64,000 nt of DNA from Klebsormidium nitens (lineage: Eukaryota; Plantae; Klebsormidiophyceae). This document shows positions 47,501 through 59,074 of the stretch, one piece after another; position 1 is the stretch's first letter, and each line of letters begins with the position of its first letter. Both the position numbers and the translations under genes were made by a program. The notes under the pieces are model-generated. The model saw only the letters and a program-made list of their open reading frames with translations. It did no database searches and was not told where the DNA came from. The stretch spans positions 92,815-156,814 of the forward strand of contig DF237134.1 in the NCBI GenBank assembly GCA_000708835.1. Reading direction: 5' to 3'.

Positions 47501-50155
47501 TACGTGGATACTTAGGGCTGACGTACACACGGCCTCCAGCTTCTGCGCTAGCTCCTCGGGAGTCAAGGGCAGGACCGCCGGGTCGGACAGCGGACGCAGC
47601 GCCTGCAGACAGGGATATGCAGGTTGCTCATTGAGATTGAACTCAAGAAAGTTCATAATAAGCGGAGATAAATGATAAGGTAATCGTACTGGGACGGGTA
47701 GGGTTACTTTGGTGCTTAATGTAGGTATGGGTGCGGAGCAGGTAACTTTCTGGATTAGGTAATTAGTGTTAGTCCAAGCTTATCATTTTCTTGGCTTATC
47801 TTGGCTCATATCATCTTTCTTGAGTTTCATCAAAGTGAGGGCGTCCTCCCAGGTGGCTCTTGGGCATCGAACAGTCCTTGGAAATGCGAGTGAGTGCCGC
47901 TGGCGAACAATGAGCCCGTGCGCTTTTGAGCGACCGGCGGAGCGAAGACTCGGGTAAATGGTCGCCTGGTGGGACGGGTCCTCCGACGGCCTTTTCAACG
48001 TACACACATACGCAACGGGAAGTGCTTATCAGCGGCTCCAACTGAATCAAAATGAGGACAGGACTGTGCAGGAGTTGTGAGAGAAAGCGAAAGCTCGAAG
48101 AAGAGTCGTCGCCGGCTATCGTCATGAGGCTTCTTTGCACGAAATTCTCAAAGTTGATGGACGCCGTCCCTTTTTGCGCCGGCAAAAGTGCAAAAAGCAC
48201 GGAAGTAGGAAACCTTTGCGTTTCGCTTCCTGCACGAGGCTCTAAATCTCGAGCGACGGTTCCAGCCAGCCAGCACGACCAGTCTCAGATCTCATGCCGT
48301 CAATCGATGGCTAAATGCACAGAGCCGTCGTTGAGATGGAAATCAGGGGACAGAATTGTACATGGCCCACAACCAAAAGCGGCTACAGAAAGGGCCCCCA
48401 GTCTAAATGTACAAGCCTTCTTCACGTTATTTATCAACATCGGCTGAGAAGTCGAACTCGTAACGGAGGAACGACTATGGACCACACGAAAAGATGCATT
48501 TTGAACAGACACAAAAGCAGGGTGAAAAGGTTATATGACCTCTTGTTTTATGCACCGTAATCGCCCAAAAGTCGGGGCCCAGAGGCTCAGTGCTCCCGAT
48601 CTCGTCATAGACCCCAAGCTGAAGTAGACAATTGACATGGTGGCAAGTCCCTCACCTCTGCCATAAGGCTGCCAGTCGCTGATCCCAGCGCCGCCCCCAG
48701 CTGCTGCCCCAAACGATCCTTGTTCCCCTCATTCGTTTCCACTAATCCGGTCTCAACACTCACCATAACATTCTCTCCGTCCCCTGACACCAAGCCCTCC
48801 TTGCGGACCAGCGCTGGGATTGCCTCACCTTGGCTGGTGTCAGAACTTTTCCGCACACAGCCAGCGACCCACCGAAAGCTCCGATTGAGCATTCTCACAA
48901 CCCCAAACACAGACGCCAGACACAGGCCCCCTACAAGCAGAACGACTACATCAAACCCCTCCCTTTTCTTCTCTTCTAATCTCTCATCAGGAGTTGAGGT
49001 TTTCGCCGCTTCTGGCGACTCATCTAGCGACGCTTTCCGCAACCTTTCCCGCTGCAACCACTCCTCGAACTCGACGATGGACCGCGCCTCGACGGTTCGA
49101 ACAGCCGGCAGCCGTCCGGGCTCACCGCCGTCTACACCCCCCTTATTGATTTGGGCATCTCGAGCACCTACACTTATCCATCTTGCAACTTTGCCTCCTT
49201 GTCCCCCCTTAGGATCGCCTGATCCAACAAAGACCTCGGTGACCTCACCTAGGGGTGCGTTTTTTGAGGGGATCCCCCTCGGCTGAAGTGGGGGAGACTC
49301 CAGCTCCATTTCCTTCCAAGAGGATGTGCCCTCTGAATGCTTCCCCTTGATCTGCTCAGTCTCTGCATCGCGGCCTAGACCCGCTGCTAAGCCCGACTGC
49401 GCACCCCAGGCCACTCTCTCGTCCTTCAGAACTGCCGGCTTTGCCCGTGCTTCCCTCCCGTTCATTTCATCTTCTCGCACCCTCACCCCTGCTATCGATC
49501 CGCCGAAGCCGTCCGAAGAGTGCTGAACTGCAGGTGCTTTTCCAGGGCTCTGTTTGGAAAGACGACCCCGCTCATTCTTCCTATTGTTGCTCCCCCGCCC
49601 TGCCGTGCCAACATCCACTTCAACGTTGGCGTCCCCTTCCGGTACGGCCACCCCTTTTGCAGCTTGTCCCCCTTCGCTAGACGCCTCACAGATCTCCAGA
49701 CCTGTTTTCTCAAGCGTTTCGCGCTCCTTTACCTCAAAATTTTCACTGGGCCTTGTCACCTCGTCCTCTGCCCCTCGTCCTCTCCCTCTTTCTGGAAGAA
49801 CCTTCTCGACTGCCGCCACCGAGGCGTGCCAAACCCCCGGCAGGTTTTGGAACCCCTTTCCCAGCTCCGAAGCCTTGAGCTTCTCAGCCCCAGCCTGGCC
49901 CCACTCCCCCACTTTGCTCCCCCAAGTCTGGGCTTCAACTTGCGCCCATGCCCCCCATTTCTTTGCAGCGGCCTGCCACCTTGGGTCAATCAAGTCTGCT
50001 AACTTGGTTTCTGACAAACCCTCTGACAAACCCTGTTTTGCAAGCTGGTTCACAGCTGAACCCTGATGGGTTTCGGAAGGAGAGCTTGGGGGAGAGCTTG
50101 ATGCCAGTGGAGTAAAGAGGAGAAAAAGAAGGACGAGCAAGGCTGGACGGGTCAT
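44529..50155 (-). CDS. CPR5: CPR5-like nuclear-envelope/pore membrane protein, probably with a long N-terminal extension (1139 aa if exon 1 is joined)
   Basis: complement(join(44529..44760,45300..46888,47504..47602,48656..50155)), all in phase. CPR5-like motifs: KLEAVCTSAL, RSFSRTYRTL, LAERSVAAQEQA..NRLKMRELEL, GYAGKQAVDSVGGSGICWLVLWETLC, ILPVAAGVLPF. Exons 2-4 are solid. Joining 48656..50155 (signal peptide + TM) is inferred. Confidence 0.8.
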
Positions 50156-51694
50156 CGCGCACTGGGAGTTTGTGCAATGCTAGAACTCATGACCACCTGC
50201 AGGGAGAGGCAAAAGGGGTTGAAAAGCTGCACGCATCGCATGCAAAGTGATGTAGAAAGATGGTTAAGCCGGTGATAAAAATAGACTAGAAGAGTATTGA
50301 AATGCTAATAAAAGAGAATTACCAAAGGAAGCCCTTTCTACAGCAACACTGATGGTGGTTACTCAAACAATTCCAGAAAAGGCCTTCCAAAAGTTATCCG
50401 ATAGGGCGACAATTGCAAATGCTTTGCTGGCGGTGCTTCTTTGGGCATGAACCTGTCGGAGTCCGTAAATAAAGCGCAGGGATGTAGTTAAGCTGTTTAG
50501 AGGATATTCAAAGGTGGTAAACATGACAGCCTCGAGATGGGCACCTGCTGATTCCAAGCTCGCACCGTAAGCAGAGAAAGAAAGCAGCAATTTCGACACA
50601 TAATCACCCAGACATGCTCACCTACACCGGCCAACAAAGAGTCCTGGAGAGATGGTGCCACTTAACTTTTAGGTACAAGGGAGGAAACACCATGATGCCA
50701 TATATTGATGGTCTGGCGACTCTCGTCGGGCCTGCAACAGTGCAAGGTCAACCATATCTGATTCTCAGTCTGCAACCTGCATGGGCCGGAAACATGATGG
50801 GCGGCCCAGGCGGGCCGATGACTGATGTCGCTACTAATATTGACCTCATTCTAGTTCTCGGGCTACAGCCGGCCTGCTTTTCATGCTGCCACTTGGAAGT
50901 CCACAAACAACGAAGCATCTAGTACGTCGATAAGACCAACCAGACAGCTTATAGTCGTCCGATGGCGCCTTCCGGCGGGAAGCTTTCAAACATGATAGTG
51001 AGCGATAATGGCCCGTTAACAGTTCCTCCTGGACGCCCATTACAGGAATCAGCACCTAGCTAGTTCTCAGTCTAGAGCTGCTGAGCCTTGCTGAGGCTTC
51101 AGCCTGAGCCTTGAGGGCTCATTAGCCTGGCCAAAATCACGTTGGCTCCACATTTGGAGCCTGAACTTGAAGTCAAGTCTGCAGCAAAAATAGCAGCAGC
51201 ACGGGTTCCTCCAACTGCCGCTGAGGTTGCGCCAGAGACAGAAGCGCTGATACCTTCTGGAAGCTAGGAGGCAGGCCGCATGGACTCACTTATCATCAGC
51301 TGCCTGGAACATCCAAAAGGGTTCTCCAGAGCCAGGTATGCATCACAAAGTAGCCTCAGCAGTGTCGCGGTGTTCTCTTAAGCAATGCCGGAGCACTTTG
51401 TTTGAAACTTTCTCAAGCGGTGCCTCAACCTAGCCATAATCTGGGGGCTGAAGGAGTGATCCACAGCTTGGTGGAGCGTGGTCTGTTATGAGATGTTGCA
51501 AGATAACATGATAGATGAGCGCCCGGTCCAAAAGCTATGGTCCTTTGTTCCGAAAGAAAAGCTTCCCAATGTTTCCAGGGATGTACAACGTGCTTCTTGT
51601 GACCCATTTTGGTTTCTCTTCTTTTGCAGAGACTTCAACTGGACTGGGTACACCTTCTGAAATGAAGAGAATCACTGTCTGCAATGGCAAATGA

Positions 51695-54600
51695 GATCAG
51701 AGCGCCCCTCCATCTCCTGTTCTCAGTGGGGGCGACACAGGGGGAGTGAATGCGCCCGTAATCAGAATCCTAAGGAAGCTGCTCCCTTTCAAAGTCCCCA
51801 GTCCGATCAAATCCCAGACAGCGAAAGGGACCGTCAACTGTGCCAGAGAACAGTTGTCTCAATGTCCAGGACTGCATTCCGGAAGCTTTGGGCCCAACTG
51901 TACCAGCCAGGAAGCTGGGAGGTGTTCTCAGGCAAAGCAACACTCAACTGATTCTTTGAAAGGGGCAGCTGGGGCTCTGATGCCTCACTCAGGGAGTGTG
52001 GTGCAAGGAAGGGAAGCCTGTGAAGGGACAGAGGAGGAGAGCGTGTCTGCAGTGTCCGGAGCAGCCAAAGGATCCCCCTTTCCAATGGCAGGGCTGGCCG
52101 CCTTTGTTGCTTTGCGGCTGCTCGACGGTCCTACACAAGAGTCTGGCGGTGACGAGGAGACTGGCGGGGTGCTGGAGCGGGGAGCGGAGTGCGAGCATCA
52201 ACCCGGGAAAGTGCAAGCCGTGCTGCAGGAGACGGCCCTTCGGACGCCCAAGACTTCCACCCTAGCGGAAGGACTGCCTGAAGAGGCGCAGCTGCTCCAA
52301 AATGGGCCAGCAGTCGGAGACGGGAGAGCGGAAGGAGGAACAGAGGGAGAGGAAGGAGAAGGCGGAAGAAGTCAAGAGCCTGCGGAGGAAGAGAGCCGGG
52401 GGAAGCACCCAATTAAGTCTGATCTACCCTGCGAGATTGGAGCTGATGCGCCAAGCCAGGGCGTTTTGAGCGAGCAATGGAGGGTGCCGTTCTCTCAGAG
52501 ACTCACTCAAGCGGAAGCTGGGGAAAGCTGGGATCTTGGACGGGGCGAGTACTCGGAAAAAGCGGTTTTAGCTGGAGAGCGGCAAAAAGGAGGCGTTGCG
52601 GCTGCGGCAGTTGCAAAGGAGAGCAAAGCAGTGGGAGCTGGAGCAGGTATGGGAGCTGTGCGGATGGCGGAATGCTGCAAGATGACGCTGACACTGGAAC
52701 TGAGCGAGCGGAATCAAGCGGGGGGCGGGGAAGCTGAGAACGACGGAGTGATGTCAGAGGGGGGAGGTCACTTGACGGGCGACGGCAGGGCTGGCGGCCC
52801 GGAGAAGTCAAAGTCTTGTGGTGAGACGATGCAGGTCGGGTTCGACCTGGGTTTGGACCTACGGATGTCGCTGGTGGAGACGCAGGACCGCGCTGCGAGC
52901 CCGCCTGCTCTGGAAGAAGAGGAAAACGCAGAGGGTGGGGGAACTGGGATGGAAGGCTGTTGTCGGGCCAACGCAGACGGAGATGTGGGAGGGCAGCCTT
53001 GTCAACGGGATGCGGGACGGGACAGCAAGGAACTTTCTGGCCCTCTGGAGCAGCCTTTCGGGGTGCGCTTGGGAACTGCAAACGAAAACGGCCCACCCCT
53101 TCCTGAACGGGCCCCCGATGGTCAGGTCTTGCCAGGCAATGATTCTTCCCCAAGGCCACTACCCGAGGCCGCTGATGTCACCGTTGCTGCCACTCCTGAG
53201 CCCGTCGAGGGCGAGCAGACGCCCATCCGCTGTTCGAATCAAGAGGGGAAAGTCATTGAGGGGGGGAGTGCTTTGGCAGGAGGGGAAGATTTAGAAGGGG
53301 GAGTGGAGCCTGGCCCGATCACGAGCGCCCGGCGAGCGGTGGGCATGGCAGTGACGTCATCCGAGGTCATGCTGATCGAGCGCTTCCTGGCGGGGGAAGA
53401 CCTTTCTGGGACCGGAGAAAAGAATCCGTTCCAGCTCGCTTACGTTGGTGGGGTGAAGATAAGGTTGAAGCGGCGGTCCCTGGGGCTGGATGAGTTTCGG
53501 CTTGGGGGGGTGGCGTCTGAGACAGAAACGGAGGGGGAAGAGGATTTGTTGGCGGACTTGCAGACGCAGGCGGCTGCGGAGGGGACTGGAGAGGGGGTGG
53601 GTGAGCAAGGGGGGGTTGGGCAAGAAAGCGGGGCTGGGGAACAGACAGAGGAGGCCACCACAGGGGAAGTAGATGAGCGGGGGGGTGTTCTGCGGGAAAG
53701 CCGAGAAGAGGGAGCAGAGGAAAGGGGGGGAGAAGAGGAAGGGGGGGGTGGCTGTTTGAAAGAAGCTGCAGGGAAAGGGGACGAAGGCATCTCGGAGAGG
53801 GGCGAAGGGGTGTGCAGAAATGGTGTTGATGGTGCGGAGGGAAGCGAAAGAGGGGGTCCAAGAAGTAGGGAAGTCCAAGGGGTGAAACTTGAAGCTGGAG
53901 TTTCGGGAAGAGGTGTAATAGTCGGTCAGGGGGAGGAGACTGCAAAACGGAGCTTGGACTTGGGATCACCAGAGCGGCGAGAAAACAAGTCAAGTTCAGG
54001 GGTCGAGAGAGGCGCCGGGGGTGTGGAAGATAGCCCAAAGACGATGGAGGGATGTCCGAAAACGGACGGCCCAAGTGGGCAGGAGGAACTGGATACGCAA
54101 GTGGTGAGGCGACTTGTCGTGAAAGATGTTTCTGGGTGGCTATCCGGCGGAGTTCTGATTGTGTTTGTCAGTACCATTGAAGAAAGGGTCGACCCGCTTC
54201 GACACGCTTTTCGACCTTTCACTGACTGATCAAATTGTTCCAAAATTGAACCTGGGCGCTACAACAATTCCTGGGGTCCGTTGCGCTCTGAGATTCGATT
54301 TAAGAGTCCGAAAAGCGGCCTGACGTTACTCTTTATTATTGATGGAGTGTTTCTCCGGCTCAATCAACTCAAGGGGACCGAACTGGCCTTGACGGGTAAA
54401 GACAAGAGCGTCTGAGGGCGAAAGCTGTTGCCTTACTTACATGCTCATCCTTATGAAGACAATTGGTCAATCGCTCCTACTAATTTCCATTTAGCTCCTA
54501 TCGTAAGTACTGCTTTCGTCCAGGTTAGGTGCATTGCTCTCCTTAAGGTCCTGCGATTTCCTGTCCTGCTTGGACTACCGATTCCAAAGTCAGCCCCATG

Positions 54601-57600
54601 CTTTCATTCTGCAAAGTCCGAGTCTAGCCCTGAGCAATGCTTTGGTGCGTTACTGCCTTCTGCACTCACCTTGAGCTTGCGCTTCAGCCAGATTTCGCTC
54701 TGACAACCAAGGCCCTGTTTTTCTGCAGGGCCTTGCAACGCAGAAGGCGCTCGCACGAGCACGCGCCATGCTCAGGGGCTGGACAGGGCCCGCAGCAGCC
54801 TCCCCTCAGCCGCCAACAGACACCGCCCCTGTTCCTCCACCACTCGACACGCAGACTGTCGCCGCAAACACCTGCCCGGGGATCCCTCCCGACCACGAAA
54901 CCCGGGGCCAGGAAGAGAGGACCACAGAGGTGGGAAAGTACTCGGAACAGTCCCACGAGTTGGTGGGATCTGCGGGCCACGTGGCAGAAGAGGAGCTTCG
55001 GTTCTCGTGCGGGGGGCCGGAGACGCAGCTTGCGTTGGCAAGGGGGCGTGCTGTGGTGAGAAAGTGGGCCCCCGGACTTGTGTCTCCAGTGTCTTGCAAG
55101 GGGGCGGGGGCGGAGAGGAACGAAGAGGGGGTTGAGGGGGCGAGCGAAGACGTGGCTGCGAGACAGGAGCAGAACGAAGAGGGAGGGGGGGCTCCTGAGG
55201 AAACAAGTAGGAGGCAGGGGGACGGAAGCGGTGATCCTGCTGCTAACGAGAGCGAGACGCGATTGAGGGAGGAAGGCGAAAGGGGGGATCAAAAGGTGGG
55301 ACATCCGGCAGGGAAGAGGGCGCAACTAGAGGCGCGAGAGGATCCTGGGCCGGCAAGGGATGAGCTGGGGAAAGCCGAAGAAACTGAGCAGCAGAGCGGT
55401 TTGGCAAAAGGGAGACCGGTCGAGACACTGGAGTGTCTGGATGGTGCGCACGAGAAAGGGGTTTCTAGTGCTGTAGAGGAAGTGTTGAACCAAGCAAGAG
55501 AGGAAGCAGCAGAAGGGTCGGCAGATTGCGTCTCGCGGGAAGCGAAGGGCTCAGCAGTGGCAGACCGAAAGGTTGACCTTGCAGAAATACCAAACGCGGA
55601 AGGTTCTGAGTCGGTCGTCCGACAGGACATGCCGGACGCGTCAGAGGTTGTTCGGGGCGACGAAATGCACGATCCGCAGCCGCTTCCTGCCGTGGGCGGA
55701 GACCTGCCGGATGGTCACGTGGCGCTGACGTCAGCATCGCGGGCGGAGCCTCCGCAACAGGGGGGGTCAATTGTAGGGAACGGTCAGACGGAGGAGGCGG
55801 AGGCGAAGCTTTTGGAGGCAGAGGGGGAAAGGGGGGATCCGCAGACGGCAGGGACCCCCCCAGATGGCCTGGGATTTACGACCCCGCCTGCGATACTCGG
55901 CCCGTTCTGGGCTCCTGAGGGGGGGTTTCCCCTGGGCAGCACGGCGCCCCCCAGTTCGCGGAAGCGGCCCTGCCCGTCGTGGCGGGTGTCTGAAACGCAG
56001 AACCCGGACGAGACCCCCGTCCGCAACGGCGCGGCAGGCGAACGCGTGGAATCGGCGGGTTCGCCGGAGGAGGATGTTGCGGGTTCGCGAGAAGGGGGGA
56101 CCGCAGGTAACGAGGGGTTTGCGCAATTAGGCGCGGGGGTTGTTGATGGTTTGCGGACGGGATCAGGATCGGGTTTAGAGGGTTTGGCGGCATCGAACGC
56201 TGACGGAGTAGGGGCGGGTGTTGCTGCGGAAGAGGGTGTAATCGGGCGTCCAAAAGAAGCAACGAAGCCGTACGAAAGCAAAGCGGCGGCGGACAAGAAT
56301 GGCTGGCGTCAGAAGGTGACGGAAGCGCGGGCGCCGCCAGAGGGTATGAGGGGTCCCGGACAAACGGCACCGAAACGTGGGGAGGGCTGTCCGGAACCTT
56401 TGGGGGATCCCCCAGCGGGCAAGGTGCAGAGAAACGAGGGGGTGGCCGGGCCCCAGCCAGGGACAAATGAAAAGGCGCCACGTGGCAGTCCGAAAGGCGC
56501 CGGTTGGACGCAGTGTCTGGAATACTTTCAGCAGCAGGTGGAGATGGGGAGGGTGTGTACGCTGCCGGCGTACTCTCCGGGGGGGTGCGATCCGGGGGCA
56601 AAAACGGGGGGTGTCGCGGGGTGGGCAGAAAGTGAGCCTAGCCCTGGGAAGCATGCACAAAAGAGAAAGGCAAAAGTGACAGCTGGCGGGGCCAAAAAGA
56701 GTGGAGAGGGTTTGGTAACGGGGGGCCAGAAGAGCCGGCCAGAGCCTGGAAGGGTTGAGGAAAAGGAGTGCTTTCAAGGGGTGGGCTGCGGATTGGGAGG
56801 AAGATATGAGGAGACGGGAAGCATGACGGTTGATGATGACGCTGCAGGGGGCTGGCGGGAGGCAGTGCGGGCTCAAGAAAAGCGTGCGGCAGAGGGTGTT
56901 TCTGCCTTAGAGAAGAAAGAGACCAGGGCGGACGGGTGCAGAGAAGAAAAGGCGGGGGTAAAACAAGCACCGTCGAGTCCCCCCCAGCGCGAAGCCTCCT
57001 CTCCGGGGGGGCACGGCGTCCAGCGGAGCTGCAGCCAGAGCGGGACCCCCTGGCCCGAGATCTGTTCCGTGATCGGCTCAGAAGAGCTGCCGCTGTTCAA
57101 ACCGAAGCCGCGAGTCGTGTACTCTGCCGCGCACAAGCCGGCGGCCGAGGGGGGGTCTGCGCAAGATAAGGAAGAAGGGGGGGGAGGCGGGGAGAGAAAG
57201 TTTGTGGAGGTGGAGACGCAAGAGTCGGTGGGCGTGCTGATCTGGCAGCGGAGGACCGGTGTGAAAAGGGCGCGCACGTTCGTGATCGATTCGACGTCAG
57301 AAGGGCGGGAAGCGGAGCGGGGAGGCATTCACAACGCGGGAGAAGAGGCTGTCCCAGGGGAAGGTGCACCTTGTGGGAATGGAGCGAGGAAGAGGTTGAG
57401 GAAGATTGGAGGTGGAGTGCTGGATGATATCGAGGAGGAGGCCACGTGGCACCGTGTGGAGCCGGCCACGTGGCACGAGGTCGAAGAGCGGAAAGGTGGA
57501 GGAGGGACGAAAGGAATCGAGGCGATTGCGAGCCGGTGGCTTGGAGGCTGGACGCCTGCGGTAGGTCAATTCACAATTTCTTGCAGGCCTAAAAAAAACC

Positions 57601-58028
57601 TTTTCCGAAATCTGCTAGATGTGAGAACCGTCTTCTCGCTCGGTGAAAAACAAATCAGTGTAAAACCGTGAGCTTGGCTGGGGCACTTTGCACGGGCTAC
57701 TAAAGTGGGGTGAAAAAGCTCTGTATGTGCGCAAGTGGAAGCTCAAAGCTCCTCTCGAAGTTTCTCGTCCGTGAGAATTGAAAACTGGTGCACTGACAGT
57801 AGCTTGACGGGTACAATTGCGGTTCGGTCAGCGCCATACAGCTGTGGAGTGCGACTCTAGTCAGGTCCGCAACGATTAAGCCGCGCTTTAACTATCCGGC
57901 AGATTTCGTTCGTGGGGAATGACATGGTTGACATGCAAGCAGGACTCGACCGAGAACTATACGACACTGAGCAGTCTGTACGTTACTTGAAATCTTCGAC
58001 TCTTTACTCGAGCCCGAGGCGGTTCTGA
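51695..58028 (+). CDS. Very large low-complexity (E/G/A/P-rich) protein of unknown function, built from two ~2.4-2.8 kb exons
   Basis: Stop-free frames 51695-54229 and 54729-57671. A phase-0 donor GTG|GTGAGG at 54103 matches the phase-0 acceptor ctgcag|GGC at 54729. A donor CCTGCG|GTAGGT lies at 57560, with a tentative last exon 57903..58028. The start is not identified and no domain is recognised. Confidence 0.6.
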
Positions 58029-58246
58029 AATTTACTTGTGTCGCCGAAAGTTGACACTTGAGGCTGGTGCTTCGCTGGTGCGCACATCAAAAAGTCTACT
58101 TCCATCAACCCGGCATGCACGCCCTCTCAGGCTTTGCGCTTCGTGCATGTCTTACGGCGAAAAGCGGTGCGGTTTTCGCCCACAAAGATACTTGAAGAAG
58201 TTCGCAACGTTTATAAGTTGACTTGCACCAAAAAGTGGCTCCAGTG

Positions 58247-58459
58247 GGGGCTGTAGCTTAGTGGTAGAGTGCCAACTCGGGGTGCTCCCCCAGAGTTTCT
58301 CACCGTTTGAACGTGAATGTGAACGTCAGCACGATCAGCAGCAACCTTCTCAACGTCGGGGACAAGAACAGTCAGAGACGTAATAGTCCGATAAGAATCT
58401 GAAAGACCTCTGGGGCGCACCCCGAGTGAGAGACGCGGGTTCGATTCCCGCCAGCTCCA
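58247..58459 (+). ncRNA. tRNA-Ala-like RNA with the anticodon arm replaced by a long helix and a ~100-nt loop (tmRNA-like architecture)
   Basis: Acceptor stem GGGGCTG/CAGCTCC with G3:U70 and discriminator A. D-arm/A-box TAGCTTAGTGGTAGAGT; T-arm/B-box GCGGG-TTCGATT-CCCGC. The intervening helix is ACTCGGGGTGC/GCACCCCGAGT plus CCCCAGAG/CTCTGGGG. TATAA lies at 58212 and TTTT at 58467-58470. Confidence 0.8.
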
Positions 58460-59074
58460 AAGCGACTTTTGCAACTCTGCATAAAGTACAGCATCTCTAC
58501 GACGGGTTGAGAGCAGATTTATGTGGACCAAGGATGTCCAGGCTAGCAGCTGAATAGGGGATGCTAGTCAGTACCTGCTGTGCTCTGACGCTTCGGCCGA
58601 TGCTCTTCTTTCCAAATCATTACCTTAAATTTGAGGCAACCTCCTCGTGTTCTGTTCTCCAACTAAAGCGCCTTCCTCGCCACTTGAGGCGCTTGGCATC
58701 GCAGCCTCAGGTTTGAGGAGCTGACGTTGAGATCATCTTGGTTGTGATCGTCAATACAGAAGGTTTCTTCTTCCTCGTTTTGCCTGATAATTGCCAAGCA
58801 AAGTGCTCTCAGACCACAGACCCCATCGCGGCTCTTTCACGCCCAGAGGAAACAAGCTGGCGACTCCGCAAAGGATCCGCCCTGCTTTTCCTAAACGATA
58901 CTCTCAACTGCTCTAGCCTCGGCAACCTTTCTTTGTCCCCTTCGCTTGTTCGAGAGGAACCCTCCTGTTCTGAGAAACTGCGCGAGTTTCCATAGCAGCG
59001 CAAGTTTGACTCTCAATCTTATCAGGTTGTCAACAGATACTATGGAGAGAGCCAGAGTCTGCAGATTGACGCAG

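Noticed and set aside
58247-58459. Ordinary tRNA-Pro(GGG) with a long intron, or a SINE
   Set aside because: The spliced anticodon stem would have 2 mismatches in 5 bp and the acceptor identity is Ala. The A and B boxes flank the insert and there is no 3' tail or target-site duplication.
58247-58459. Telomerase RNA
   Set aside because: No CCCTAAA-type template is present in the loop.
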